From a virus (taxonomy: Duplodnaviria > Caudoviricetes): a stretch of DNA of 53,480 bases. The translations under genes were made by a program, and so were the position numbers. How positions within the stretch are numbered: position 1 is the stretch's first letter; each line of letters begins with the position of its first letter. Below, piece by piece: positions 19,626-28,104 of this stretch. The stretch spans positions 1 through 53,480 of the IMG/VR virus record IMGVR_UViG_3300042347_000977; one strand, written 5' to 3'. The notes under the pieces were generated by a model that saw nothing but the letters and a program-made list of their open reading frames with translations, was not told where the DNA came from and ran no database searches.

Positions 19626-20328
19626 AGATTTCCGATTTCCAAAGACCCTCCGGCCTGGAACTTTGACTGCACATCCAAGAAATCGTGACCTGAAACGCGT
19701 CGCCCACCTGCCGAATACTCGCCCCGCAACGCAGCCACCTCCCTGTAGGCCCTGGGTTCTGAAGGTTGGTGGGTATGTCGATTTTCCCCACCTTACTCAC
19801 CAAATCTTGCGGAATACTCGCCCGATCGGTGTAAAACTGCGTGTATCGGTAAACAGCCTGTGCCGCCAAGTAATCGCGAACTCCATAGAGCGGGCTGATC
19901 CCAGATACTACATCGCCACTGGTGGATAGACCTGTCGCCTGGCTTGTGCCATCCGGGTCTTTCTCCATCCACACAGGCTCACCATTGCGCTCTGTAATGG
20001 CATATTTCTCATACAAATCCTTGTATCTCGGGTGGCTGGTAATCGGCTCCTGAGAGGTCGAGCCCTGCAAATCATAGACAGGCTGCCCCCACTCCGATCG
20101 GAATGTCCACACGATCTCAGCCACCCCGTCACTACACTGCACATTGATACTCACCAATCCACACGGCGCACCAGGATCGGGCGGCATTAAGTCCGATTCA
20201 ACAACCTTCGTATTCCCCTGCTCCAGCACCTTATATTTCCGCCAGACGATTGTGCGGCCGTTGTCGATATCCGCATCATCACTTATCAGATACGCGGGGG
20301 TATCCACTCCACTTAAACGCATAGGCAT
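19618..20328 (-). CDS. Tail hub/distal-tail-like protein (paralogue group A)
   Basis: QEPITSHPRY...SPLYGVRDYLA...VGKIDIP; first gene after the tape measure. Confidence 0.65.
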   Translation of the reverse strand: MPMRLSGVDTPAYLISDDADIDNGRTIVWRKYKVLEQGNTKVVESDLMPPDPGAPCGLVSINVQCSDGVAEIVWTFRSEWGQPVYDLQGSTSQEPITSHPRYKDLYEKYAITERNGEPVWMEKDPDGTSQATGLSTSGDVVSGISPLYGVRDYLAAQAVYRYTQFYTDRASIPQDLVSKVGKIDIPTNLQNPGPTGRWLRCGASIRQVGDAFQVTISWMCSQSSRPEGLWKSEIYA

Positions 20329-20349
20329 ACCCGCAAGCGACCAGTCAAC

Positions 20350-23300
20350 TTACATTCCCGGACCATCCGGCTGGTATGTCCTGGCCATGCCCTCCATCGC
20401 CTGCGTGCGCTGATCCATGCTCGTCAGCACCTCCAGCATCTGCTCATTGATTCGCTTGAGTTCCTCTTGAATGTTTTTGACCGGCCCCACAGACCCCGTC
20501 GCGCCACCGCCCACCGCCGTGAGACTATCTACGCGCGGAGTGCCCGCCTCGGCATCGTCCGCCAGCAATCGTTGCCGCTTGGCGTCCAGCTCAGCCATCT
20601 TCTCGGATTCCTCGGCTCCGAAGCCCTGGCCCTCATATTCCTGCTTAAGCTTCTTTTTCGTCTCGACATCCTCCAAATCCTTTCGCTCCTGCCGCCCCGC
20701 CTCCCGATCTGCACGCGTCACCCCAAAATCTTCCTTGGCTCGGGCCATAGCGAGCCGGATCCCCTGCTGAGCGTCCTTGCGATTAGCGACATCCTGCACA
20801 AGCATATTCTGCTGAGCCTGCCTATTCCCAGATATTTGGCTAGAAATCTCCTGCACGCTGGCCGCGTCATCCACACCCAAGGAAGCCATTTCCTTTCTTT
20901 TCTGCTCCGCAGTTTCAGTATCCCCCGCTGCGATCGCCGCATCCCTCTCCTCGGCAGCGACCCTAGCCTTCTCCAGATCGCCCTGCTGGCGCTTCAAGTC
21001 ATCCCGCTGCACATCCCGCTCGGTTTTCCGCCCCTGCTCATCACCACTATTATCCCCCATCTTGGTATTTGAGATTTTCAGCCGAATCTGATTGATCATT
21101 TCGGTGGATTTGATCTCATTCATCAGTTCATCCCGCCGCCGCTGCGCTGCCGCTTGCTCGATAGCGGCTTGCTGCTTGCGGATATTCAAGATTTGATTCA
21201 TGCCTTTTACTTCTTGGTCGACTGATTCCAAAGTATCCCCGTCCTCATAGCCCACCTTCATAGCCTCTACCCGCTGAGCGTTGTAGCTCGCCTGCGCCTC
21301 GGCGATCTGACCCTTATCGCCGCCCTGCTGCGCCGCCTTAACTGCCTCTTCGGCAGCGACCAACTTCTTCATAGCCTCTTGCTTTTTCTGCAACTGCGCA
21401 ATCTCTGGCCCCAACTCAGCTTCCGCCGCCTTACCATCCCCGCCCTCCATGCCGCGCAGTGCGTTGATCTGCTTCTGGATATTGAGCTTGCGCTGCCCAG
21501 CCTCGTTGGATGCCGTATCCGCCGCGACAGCCTCTCTGGCCTGCTGGGCTCGAATATCAGCGGCCTCCTTGGCCTCTCTTTTTTTGCCATCATCCTCTTC
21601 CTCTAATGCTTGGTTGATTTTTGAATCCAACCCGCGCATCTGCGCTGGATCAAGCGCCGCCTCCCCGAGCTGCTTGCCAGTGTCCAGATCGGTCAAAGTC
21701 ATGATTTGCTGCTGGACATCTTGCTGCCTACGCAGCGCATCCGCCGCACCCACCTTATCTCCCTGCCTCTTAGCCAAGTCTGCAGCCGTCTGCGCGGACT
21801 GCCTCTCCTGCAACAATGCTTCTCGCTTAGCCCTCTCGGCCTGCAATTTACCACTCTTTGACACAGCTTCCGCTCCAGCTTGGTCAAAACCCTCGACAGA
21901 GAGTGTCTCTGTAGGAAGACCCGCTTCGATTGTCGCTTCATTATCACGGAAAGACTTGTTTTTCTGCAAGCGCTCAATCGCCTTACGCCTTTGGTCTTCC
22001 ATATACGCTTCCTTGCGATCTCCTAGCGAATTAAGAAAATCCTCATCAGGGCGAACCCGATCCATTTCTTTCTCAATCGCGTCATCATTCGATTGCTTTG
22101 CAGAAAAATAATCGCCACGAACCGCCGCGATCTTGTCTCGGCCTTCTGCAAAATTCGCAGATGCCGCGTTCAACCTTTTTTCATCTTTGTAGGCATTCTC
22201 TCGCGAAGCCACCGCCGTATTTAATTCTTCGTTTGCCTTTGCCTGTTGCTGCTCAGCCATCTCCAGAGCCTTCTGCGGCGTGGCAGTGCCCTGAATGCGC
22301 TCGCGGGCATTTTTGGCAATCTGCTTCTCTTGGGCTCTTTGCGCCTCCTCCTTTTCAAAACGGGCATTGTCTGGCCCAGCGTCAGCTCCGCTCACCTTAG
22401 CCTTCAATGCCATTAACTCCTTCCTCCGCTTCTCCACATTAGTGAGCATCGCCTCGCCACCCGCGATCATACCTGGCCCCACGACAAACCGATCAAAGGG
22501 GTTCAAATACGAATTACTCTTCTCCCTCCCCTGCTCGATTGTTTTCTGCGCTTCAATCTTGGCATCTTCAAATGTCTTCAACTGCTGATCGATACTTTCC
22601 TCCTGCCTCTTTTGGTCTTCCGGGCTTCGTATATTCTGAGAAGCCCCCACGCTTGCAGCCGCAGACTTATCGGCCTCCGAGGTGAACTGCTTCATTTTTT
22701 CAATCAACCCCCGCAGATTATTCTCTGCACTGAGCGCTGCCACACCGATACCAGTAATCGCAGTGACAACAAGGGTCGCTGCCAAAGTTGCCCCCGAAAC
22801 AAGCGTCGAAAACACCTTTAACGCGGCCCCCGTAGTCGCCATGGCTACCCGGAGTGCGCCACATGCTACGATAAATTTCCCGATGCCCACAATCAGCGCG
22901 ACAATGGTGTAATTGATCGCTATCAGCGCAGCAATCGCCACCACAGACAAGGACTGAAAAATACTTTTTACCGCGTCCGTTTCAGCAATCCTGCCGAGCA
23001 TCCCACCCACAGCCTCCTTCACCGAGTTGATCGCCCCGAATAACGCCGACCACGGCCCCGCATTTGCCTCCTCCACAGCGGCGGTAAATTTCTTAAACCC
23101 AATCGCCGCCCGATAACCCGCCTTTTCGCCTTCGGCCATCATCTCGCCGATCTTCGTATCACTACCCTGCTGGATATTGGCAAGCTGCTGCTGCAAGCCC
23201 GCGATCGTGCCGCCCAGGGCACTCGCCGCGCCATTGGCTTTATTCAGATCCGCCTCCACGACCTGCCAAGTGGTAGCAAGCCCCACGCCCGAGGCATTCA

Positions 23301-23844
23301 GTGAGTCCAACCTCTGAGCCGTCTCCTGCGAGATAGCTCCCATGTTTTTAAGTTGCGCACTCGCCGCCTCCACGCCGTCTCCAGTTTTGAGCGCATTATA
23401 GAGATCCGCCACAGCAGTCGCCATGGTATCCACAGGCGCACCCGTAGCTGCCGCCACATCCTGCACCTTCTTAAGAGCTTTTTCACTATTCAGCGCGCCA
23501 TTAGTGAGCACCTGCAGGTTCTTGCTCGCATCGGCCAGCGAATCGAAAGTGAATGCGCTCCCCGAGGCCACCTTCGCCAGCATCTCCACCTGCCGCTTGG
23601 CTGCGGACGCGCTCCCCAGGAGTTGCTCAAACTGCTGCTTGAGCCGCTCCGCCCCATCGCTCGCCTTGAGCGCCTCGGCCATTCTCTGCGCATTCAGCGC
23701 AGCCCCTGCCGAAGCCTTCACGAAAGCCCCGGCTGCGATCGCCAACACACCCATCGGCCCCACGGTGTCCGCAATCATATCCCGCACCATCTTCCACCCA
23801 CCCTTAAGCTTGTCGGGATCAACCCCTGGTATTTGCATCGCCAT
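20350..23844 (-). CDS. Tape measure protein
   Basis: ~1164 aa helical Ala/Gln/Glu/Lys-rich protein. F..LLGSA..AK...L...A...F..L..A...L tape-measure pattern, central hydrophobic segments, C-terminal DSL.AVGGG. Confidence 0.9.
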   Translation of the reverse strand: MAMQIPGVDPDKLKGGWKMVRDMIADTVGPMGVLAIAAGAFVKASAGAALNAQRMAEALKASDGAERLKQQFEQLLGSASAAKRQVEMLAKVASGSAFTFDSLADASKNLQVLTNGALNSEKALKKVQDVAAATGAPVDTMATAVADLYNALKTGDGVEAASAQLKNMGAISQETAQRLDSLNASGVGLATTWQVVEADLNKANGAASALGGTIAGLQQQLANIQQGSDTKIGEMMAEGEKAGYRAAIGFKKFTAAVEEANAGPWSALFGAINSVKEAVGGMLGRIAETDAVKSIFQSLSVVAIAALIAINYTIVALIVGIGKFIVACGALRVAMATTGAALKVFSTLVSGATLAATLVVTAITGIGVAALSAENNLRGLIEKMKQFTSEADKSAAASVGASQNIRSPEDQKRQEESIDQQLKTFEDAKIEAQKTIEQGREKSNSYLNPFDRFVVGPGMIAGGEAMLTNVEKRRKELMALKAKVSGADAGPDNARFEKEEAQRAQEKQIAKNARERIQGTATPQKALEMAEQQQAKANEELNTAVASRENAYKDEKRLNAASANFAEGRDKIAAVRGDYFSAKQSNDDAIEKEMDRVRPDEDFLNSLGDRKEAYMEDQRRKAIERLQKNKSFRDNEATIEAGLPTETLSVEGFDQAGAEAVSKSGKLQAERAKREALLQERQSAQTAADLAKRQGDKVGAADALRRQQDVQQQIMTLTDLDTGKQLGEAALDPAQMRGLDSKINQALEEEDDGKKREAKEAADIRAQQAREAVAADTASNEAGQRKLNIQKQINALRGMEGGDGKAAEAELGPEIAQLQKKQEAMKKLVAAEEAVKAAQQGGDKGQIAEAQASYNAQRVEAMKVGYEDGDTLESVDQEVKGMNQILNIRKQQAAIEQAAAQRRRDELMNEIKSTEMINQIRLKISNTKMGDNSGDEQGRKTERDVQRDDLKRQQGDLEKARVAAEERDAAIAAGDTETAEQKRKEMASLGVDDAASVQEISSQISGNRQAQQNMLVQDVANRKDAQQGIRLAMARAKEDFGVTRADREAGRQERKDLEDVETKKKLKQEYEGQGFGAEESEKMAELDAKRQRLLADDAEAGTPRVDSLTAVGGGATGSVGPVKNIQEELKRINEQMLEVLTSMDQRTQAMEGMARTYQPDGPGM

Positions 23845-23907
23845 ATAGGGCAAACACCACAGTCAACGCTTGCATTTTTCTACCCAAGCCCTTAAATCTT
23901 CGGGACT

Positions 23908-24168
23908 ATGAAAGCCTGCCCAACCTGCAAAAAAAGCCTTGCAGACAACGCATCATCATGCCCCGCCTGCGGACATAAATTTGAAATAGACGCCCTGACT
24001 GGCTTGAAAAGAAATCTCCCCATTATCGCAATCTTGCTCGTGATATTGTATTTTTTTATGGTATCCAAATATGAGGAGACCAAGACCCGCATCGATGAAA
24101 AAAGTCAGGAAACCCTATCCAAAGTCGATGCAGAAATCTGGAAAATTCGAAAAGAAGTAGAGCGCTAA
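23908..24168 (+). CDS. Zinc-ribbon plus transmembrane protein (moron-like, opposite strand)
   Basis: CPTC..CPACG double CxxC, then hydrophobic LPIIAILLVILYFFMV; AT-rich. Confidence 0.75.
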   Translation: MKACPTCKKSLADNASSCPACGHKFEIDALTGLKRNLPIIAILLVILYFFMVSKYEETKTRIDEKSQETLSKVDAEIWKIRKEVER

Positions 24169-24172
24169 TCCC

Positions 24173-24976
24173 TCACGCCTTCTGCGCCTCGACCACCTTC
24201 TCCCAATACTGCACAGAAGCTTGGGCAAAGGCCATGTCGCGCGTGAGGATCGGCGTTTCAGCTTGGAGTTCATCGGCGATCTTAGCGATGTTTTGGTAGC
24301 GTGTCTTCTTGTGCGCTTCGAAGACCTGCTCATCCATCGGCGTCCAGATCGCCACTTCGCTGCCTTCCATTTTGAGGAAGCAAGCATTGAGCCACAGGAT
24401 CGCACCCATCGGCATATTCCAAGCCTCTTCGGCAGAGCGCCCGGCTTGCTTCATGTAGAGAGCGACTTGCTCGATCGAGTCATCAATATCGCGCTGCTTG
24501 CCCTTCTCCAGCGCGGCATCATTGCGCCACTCGGCGGCGCGTTGCAGGAATGAGACATCCCCCGTGAGGCGACCCATCTCATCGAGCGCCTCGGCGAGCC
24601 GTTCCTTGGAGCTTCCCTTTCCGCTCCATAGCTTTGGCGGGCTGGCAAAGTCGGCGATATGTGCCGTGAGCTTGTCCAGTTCCCGCTTCGCGCTGCGCCA
24701 GCCATACACGGCATGCCACCAGAGCATCCAGAGATTCGAGTAGCTTTTGCGGAAGCTCGCATTTTGCGGATACTCGGTAGCGCAAATCTTCGCCGCCACC
24801 CACGCATCCCACAATCCCGCCCCACCCAAGAGCACCTTGCTCTGCACATACTCCAACTGCACCTTATGCCAGTAAGAGAAGGGTCGCAGTCGCATCCCCA
24901 TAACCCTCGCCGGACGCCCCTCATGCAAAAACGCCTCCGCGAAACGCTCGTCAAATACAAAATACTCGCCACCCAT
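24173..24976 (-). CDS. Probable tail assembly chaperone
   Basis: Position just upstream of the tape measure; EEAWNMP.G...W motif typical of G/T-type chaperones. Confidence 0.6.
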   Translation of the reverse strand: MGGEYFVFDERFAEAFLHEGRPARVMGMRLRPFSYWHKVQLEYVQSKVLLGGAGLWDAWVAAKICATEYPQNASFRKSYSNLWMLWWHAVYGWRSAKRELDKLTAHIADFASPPKLWSGKGSSKERLAEALDEMGRLTGDVSFLQRAAEWRNDAALEKGKQRDIDDSIEQVALYMKQAGRSAEEAWNMPMGAILWLNACFLKMEGSEVAIWTPMDEQVFEAHKKTRYQNIAKIADELQAETPILTRDMAFAQASVQYWEKVVEAQKA

Positions 24977-24997
24977 GACTCATTTCCGCGAGTCAAC

Positions 24998-25032
24998 AAA
25001 AAAGCCCGCTGGTCTCCCAGCGGGCTTTTTTT
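24998..25032. terminator. Bidirectional intrinsic terminator
   Basis: aaaaaagcccgctgg-tctc-ccagcgggcttttttt. Confidence 0.85.
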
Positions 25033-25039
25033 GTAGGAA

Positions 25040-25687
25040 TTAAGCGACAATCACCGTTCGGGTCACGGGAGTCGCGGCATTCCCAGCCGCATCGCTTGTC
25101 GCATAGGTGCGTGTGTAGGTTCCAGCCACGGCTGTATTCACAGTGCCTGTGCCTGTGATCGTGCGGGCGGCATCGATATTGTCGGTCACATTGGCACCTG
25201 GGTCTGTGAAAGTATCGCCCACGGCAAGATTGAGAGTGCTTGCACCGATAAGCGCGATGACTGGAGCCGTGGTATCCACGATCGGCACGACAGCCGGGGT
25301 CGGATCCACAAAGGCATCCAAGCGCAGCGTGCCAGCAGCACCGGCATTCACGACATGCAGCGAAGTAATGTCATCCGCTACGAGATTTCCACCAGTATCT
25401 TTGAGCGCACCTTCGCCAAGCGGCCAGAGAAAACTCTGGTCGGCCGCCAGCACAAAGGTATTGTCCGGCGAAGTCGCGCTATTGGTCTTGATCGTAACTG
25501 CGCGATCCGAGCGGATCGCAAGCATTTTCACCTCAGAGACATCAAGCTCAAAGACAAGCCGCGTGGTGGCATTGGCTGGGATCGCCTCAAAGAGCGACTG
25601 GCGCAAGCCGGATGCGATTTCAGAGCTACTGGAGTAACTGCCTCCAATTTGGCCCGATACGGAAACATTGATATTTGCTGTAAACAT
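25040..25687 (-). CDS. Virion protein with C-terminal Ig-like (DUF5011/HYR-like) domain
   Basis: DTTAPVI.L.G......VG..F.DPGA...DN.D...GTVNT...GTY...Y...DAAGNAA.PVTRTV.V. Confidence 0.8.
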   Translation of the reverse strand: MFTANINVSVSGQIGGSYSSSSEIASGLRQSLFEAIPANATTRLVFELDVSEVKMLAIRSDRAVTIKTNSATSPDNTFVLAADQSFLWPLGEGALKDTGGNLVADDITSLHVVNAGAAGTLRLDAFVDPTPAVVPIVDTTAPVIALIGASTLNLAVGDTFTDPGANVTDNIDAARTITGTGTVNTAVAGTYTRTYATSDAAGNAATPVTRTVIVA

Positions 25688-25690
25688 AGA

Positions 25691-26047
25691 TTAAGAAAGT
25701 GAACTTCTTGTTGGTGATAATGCGCGGCCTTCAGCAGAAAATCGGATAAAATCCTCAGCCGTCGCCTCGATAGAGGCAGAGACAACCTTGCCTTCCGTGT
25801 TTGCGACTTTTATATTCGTGCCTAAAACAGCGCCCTGTCCGTCAGTGGAATATCCACTCACGCTCATAGTGATAACTTCCTTCCCCGTGAGAACCGCTTT
25901 CACATCACCAGCCCCATTCTTTGCCCGCACGACTGTGCCAGCACTTTTTTCGATGGAAGCCTGAGTGATATGAGTTATCCCAGCTACCGAGTTCTGAGCC
26001 GTTTCGATCCCCTGAAAGGGAGACCCTGAGAGTGTCATGAGTGCCAT
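25691..26047 (-). CDS. Small tail-tube-like protein (paralogue of 26049..26384)
   Basis: K.G.G.V..V and S.EA..ED..R patterns are shared with its neighbour; lies after the neck genes. Confidence 0.55.
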   Translation of the reverse strand: MALMTLSGSPFQGIETAQNSVAGITHITQASIEKSAGTVVRAKNGAGDVKAVLTGKEVITMSVSGYSTDGQGAVLGTNIKVANTEGKVVSASIEATAEDFIRFSAEGRALSPTRSSLS

Positions 26048-26048
26048 A

Positions 26049-26384
26049 TTATAGTGTGATTTCGAGCTTTTCCTCTGTTATCCGCACAAGATCCTCGTTT
26101 GAGGCTTGCAAGGAGATCTTTGTCGTAATTCCGCCGTTAGTAAGATTCCCGTCTCCAATTTTCGTAGCAGGGAATGTAAAGGCATTTGAAATCTTCGTTT
26201 CGGTAATTGTATTTTCCGCGCCAGAGTAGACGACATCATCTACCTCGCCGTTACCCTTTACGATTTCCACCTCAGAACCATACTTCTTCTGAACGGATCG
26301 ACTAAGAATGTCCAAGTTAAGCCCGCCTCCAGGCGCGGTGCCGAACTTGAGTTGATCGCTACCTTGTCCAAGTTTTAGTGCCAT
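26049..26384 (-). CDS. Small tail-tube-like protein
   Basis: GGAGG SD upstream; KGNGEV..V, SLQASNED.VR. Confidence 0.55.
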   Translation of the reverse strand: MALKLGQGSDQLKFGTAPGGGLNLDILSRSVQKKYGSEVEIVKGNGEVDDVVYSGAENTITETKISNAFTFPATKIGDGNLTNGGITTKISLQASNEDLVRITEEKLEITL

Positions 26385-26418
26385 AAATTTTTTCCTCCGC
26401 TTTCCCTCCAGCCCTATG

Positions 26419-26859
26419 TCAACTCACCACAAAACTAATCGACCCTGGTGACGCTCCGGTAGCCGTCGCCCCGAAGCGCACACGGGCGATTTCCGCGCGG
26501 CTGCGCTCGCCGTTCTTACTGGAGAGGCTGCGCATCACGAGGCCATGGATCATGAGTGTCGGGCTGTTGTAGGTGCGGAGAGGCGAGGTCGGCGCATTGA
26601 TGTAGTCCACCATCTGTCGGAAGCGCAGCTTCTGCCTTGCCGTGGCACCGGCATCGTCCAGCGGCACGACCGAACGGAATTCCATCTCCACCAGGTAGGC
26701 ATTGCCAGCGCGGTATTCCGCCTCCATGCCTACTACGCTCACATACTCGTCGGGGCGATCTCCCGTAGCCCCGCCTTCCAGCACAGCGCAGTCCACCACA
26801 TTGTCCGCAACAAAAAGTGCGGCGATCTCCTCTTCCAGCGTTCCTAAAACTTCATCCAT
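26419..26859 (-). CDS. Probable tail terminator / neck protein
   Basis: 146 aa; size and position between the head-closure and tube genes. Confidence 0.5.
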   Translation of the reverse strand: MDEVLGTLEEEIAALFVADNVVDCAVLEGGATGDRPDEYVSVVGMEAEYRAGNAYLVEMEFRSVVPLDDAGATARQKLRFRQMVDYINAPTSPLRTYNSPTLMIHGLVMRSLSSKNGERSRAEIARVRFGATATGASPGSISFVVS

Positions 26860-26862
26860 AAA

Positions 26863-27189
26863 TTAAAATTCCCCACGGCCCGACTGCCCGCTGGTGCTCA
26901 TGCACACCAGATCCACCGTGCCCCCACGCCGCCGCACCGCAGCCACGCGCCAAGTCTCCGTGCCCTGCACGACCTTCACGCCCACCTTCACGGCATACTG
27001 CGTAAAATCCGCGTGCGATATCTCAAACTTCGCCGAGTCATCACGGGCGAAGCCCCCATCTGCCGCTGTGCTGGTGGTATCGTTCGGCTGCCGGATCGCC
27101 ACGATCTGCGTGCCATTGATCGTAACCCGCGTGCCCATTTCCGTAAAAGCAACGGCATCAGAAAGTGCAAAGGAATCGTCGAAAGCCAT
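26863..27189 (-). CDS. Head-tail joining protein (gpFII-like)
   Basis: F.E.G..VTING....DGG.....G.KV.....WRV beta-rich pattern; 108 aa. Confidence 0.6.
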   Translation of the reverse strand: MAFDDSFALSDAVAFTEMGTRVTINGTQIVAIRQPNDTTSTAADGGFARDDSAKFEISHADFTQYAVKVGVKVVQGTETWRVAAVRRRGGTVDLVCMSTSGQSGRGEF

Positions 27190-27215
27190 ATCCTGCCCCT
27201 CCGCAGGTCAACCAC

Positions 27216-27647
27216 TCAGAATGGTATATCATCACTCTCCTGCTCCACCACGCGCGGCGATTCAGAAGCCGCCTCCACAGACCGCTCCTCGGTTGCCGCC
27301 TTCGCTGCCCCCTGCCGAGAGCCGAGAAGCTGGATGTTTTCCGCCACCACCTTCAGCTTCGTGCGTTTCTGCCCCGAGTCTTTATCCTCCCACGAATCCT
27401 GTTTGAGCCGCCCCTCGACATAGAGCGGATTGCCCTTCTTCACATACTCTCCCGCGATTTCCGCGACACGGCCCCACAGCTCCACATCCACGAAAGTCAC
27501 CTCCTCACGCTTCTCGCCCGAGTCCGCCTTGTAGCTGCGATTCACCGCCAGCGTGATACCGGCCACAGCCGTTCCCTTCGGCGTGAACTTCACCTCCACA
27601 TCCCGCGTCACATTCCCGATCAGTATTACCTTGTTTACATTTGCCAT
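27216..27647 (-). CDS. ssb: Single-stranded DNA-binding protein
   Basis: MANVNKVILIGN.TRD.E...TP.G.AV, VEGRL....WEDK..G.KR, C-terminal DDIPF. Confidence 0.97.
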   Translation of the reverse strand: MANVNKVILIGNVTRDVEVKFTPKGTAVAGITLAVNRSYKADSGEKREEVTFVDVELWGRVAEIAGEYVKKGNPLYVEGRLKQDSWEDKDSGQKRTKLKVVAENIQLLGSRQGAAKAATEERSVEAASESPRVVEQESDDIPF

Positions 27648-27675
27648 ACCCCGCAAAAGCGAGTCAACGCACAGG

Positions 27676-28104
27676 AGTTTTAAGTTTTAAGCATTAAGTT
27701 TTAAGTGTCCCTCTCCGTGCTCTCCGTGTCCTCCGTGGTAAAATCCCTTAGAAAAAGCGAGGCGTCCGGGCGTGAAGCCGGATCACGGTTTCAGTCGCGG
27801 CCCCGTGTCGTGCCGCTTGGGTGGTGATTCCTTTTAAGAATACGGGTTTCAAGGCTCCCCGCTCGCCGCCTGACTCCAGGCTTCGCCTCACAGCCAAGCC
27901 ACGCAGTCAACGGAGGGAGGAGTCTTAATGCTTAAAACTAAAGGAGCCGCCTCCGTGGTTAGGCCCGCTGGCGGCATGCGGGATAAAAGCGGGCAAACAC
28001 AAGTAGTAACACAAGCAGTAACAAACACCGCCCCCAAGGCACTCACGGCTTACCTCACGCAAACGAATGCGCGACTTAAAACTTAATGCTTAAAACTTAA
28101 AACT
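27676..28104. repeat. Perfect 31-bp inverted repeat (27676..27706 / 28074..28104) of 7-mer-like units; partial third copy 27924..27939
   Basis: agttttaagttttaagcattaagttttaagt and its exact reverse complement. Confidence 0.9.
27757..27891 (-). ncRNA. Candidate structured ncRNA (~135 nt)
   Basis: Starts 14 nt after a GTTGAC. 5' GUGAGGCG pairs with 3' CGCCUCGC followed by U5; several internal hairpins. Confidence 0.45.

Noticed and set aside
23870-23898. Sigma70 promoter for the plus-strand moron
   Set aside because: TTGCAT is present, but no good -10 hexamer at 16-18 nt.
24173-25050. Programmed frameshift tail chaperone pair (G/GT)
   Set aside because: No convincing slippery site or separate upstream chaperone ORF; the overlapping 199-aa frame crosses a terminator.
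27952-27995. Pistol ribozyme (CGUGGUUAGG resembles the start of a known example)
   Set aside because: The required P1 partner and downstream conserved elements could not be placed; kept only as a generic pseudoknot candidate.
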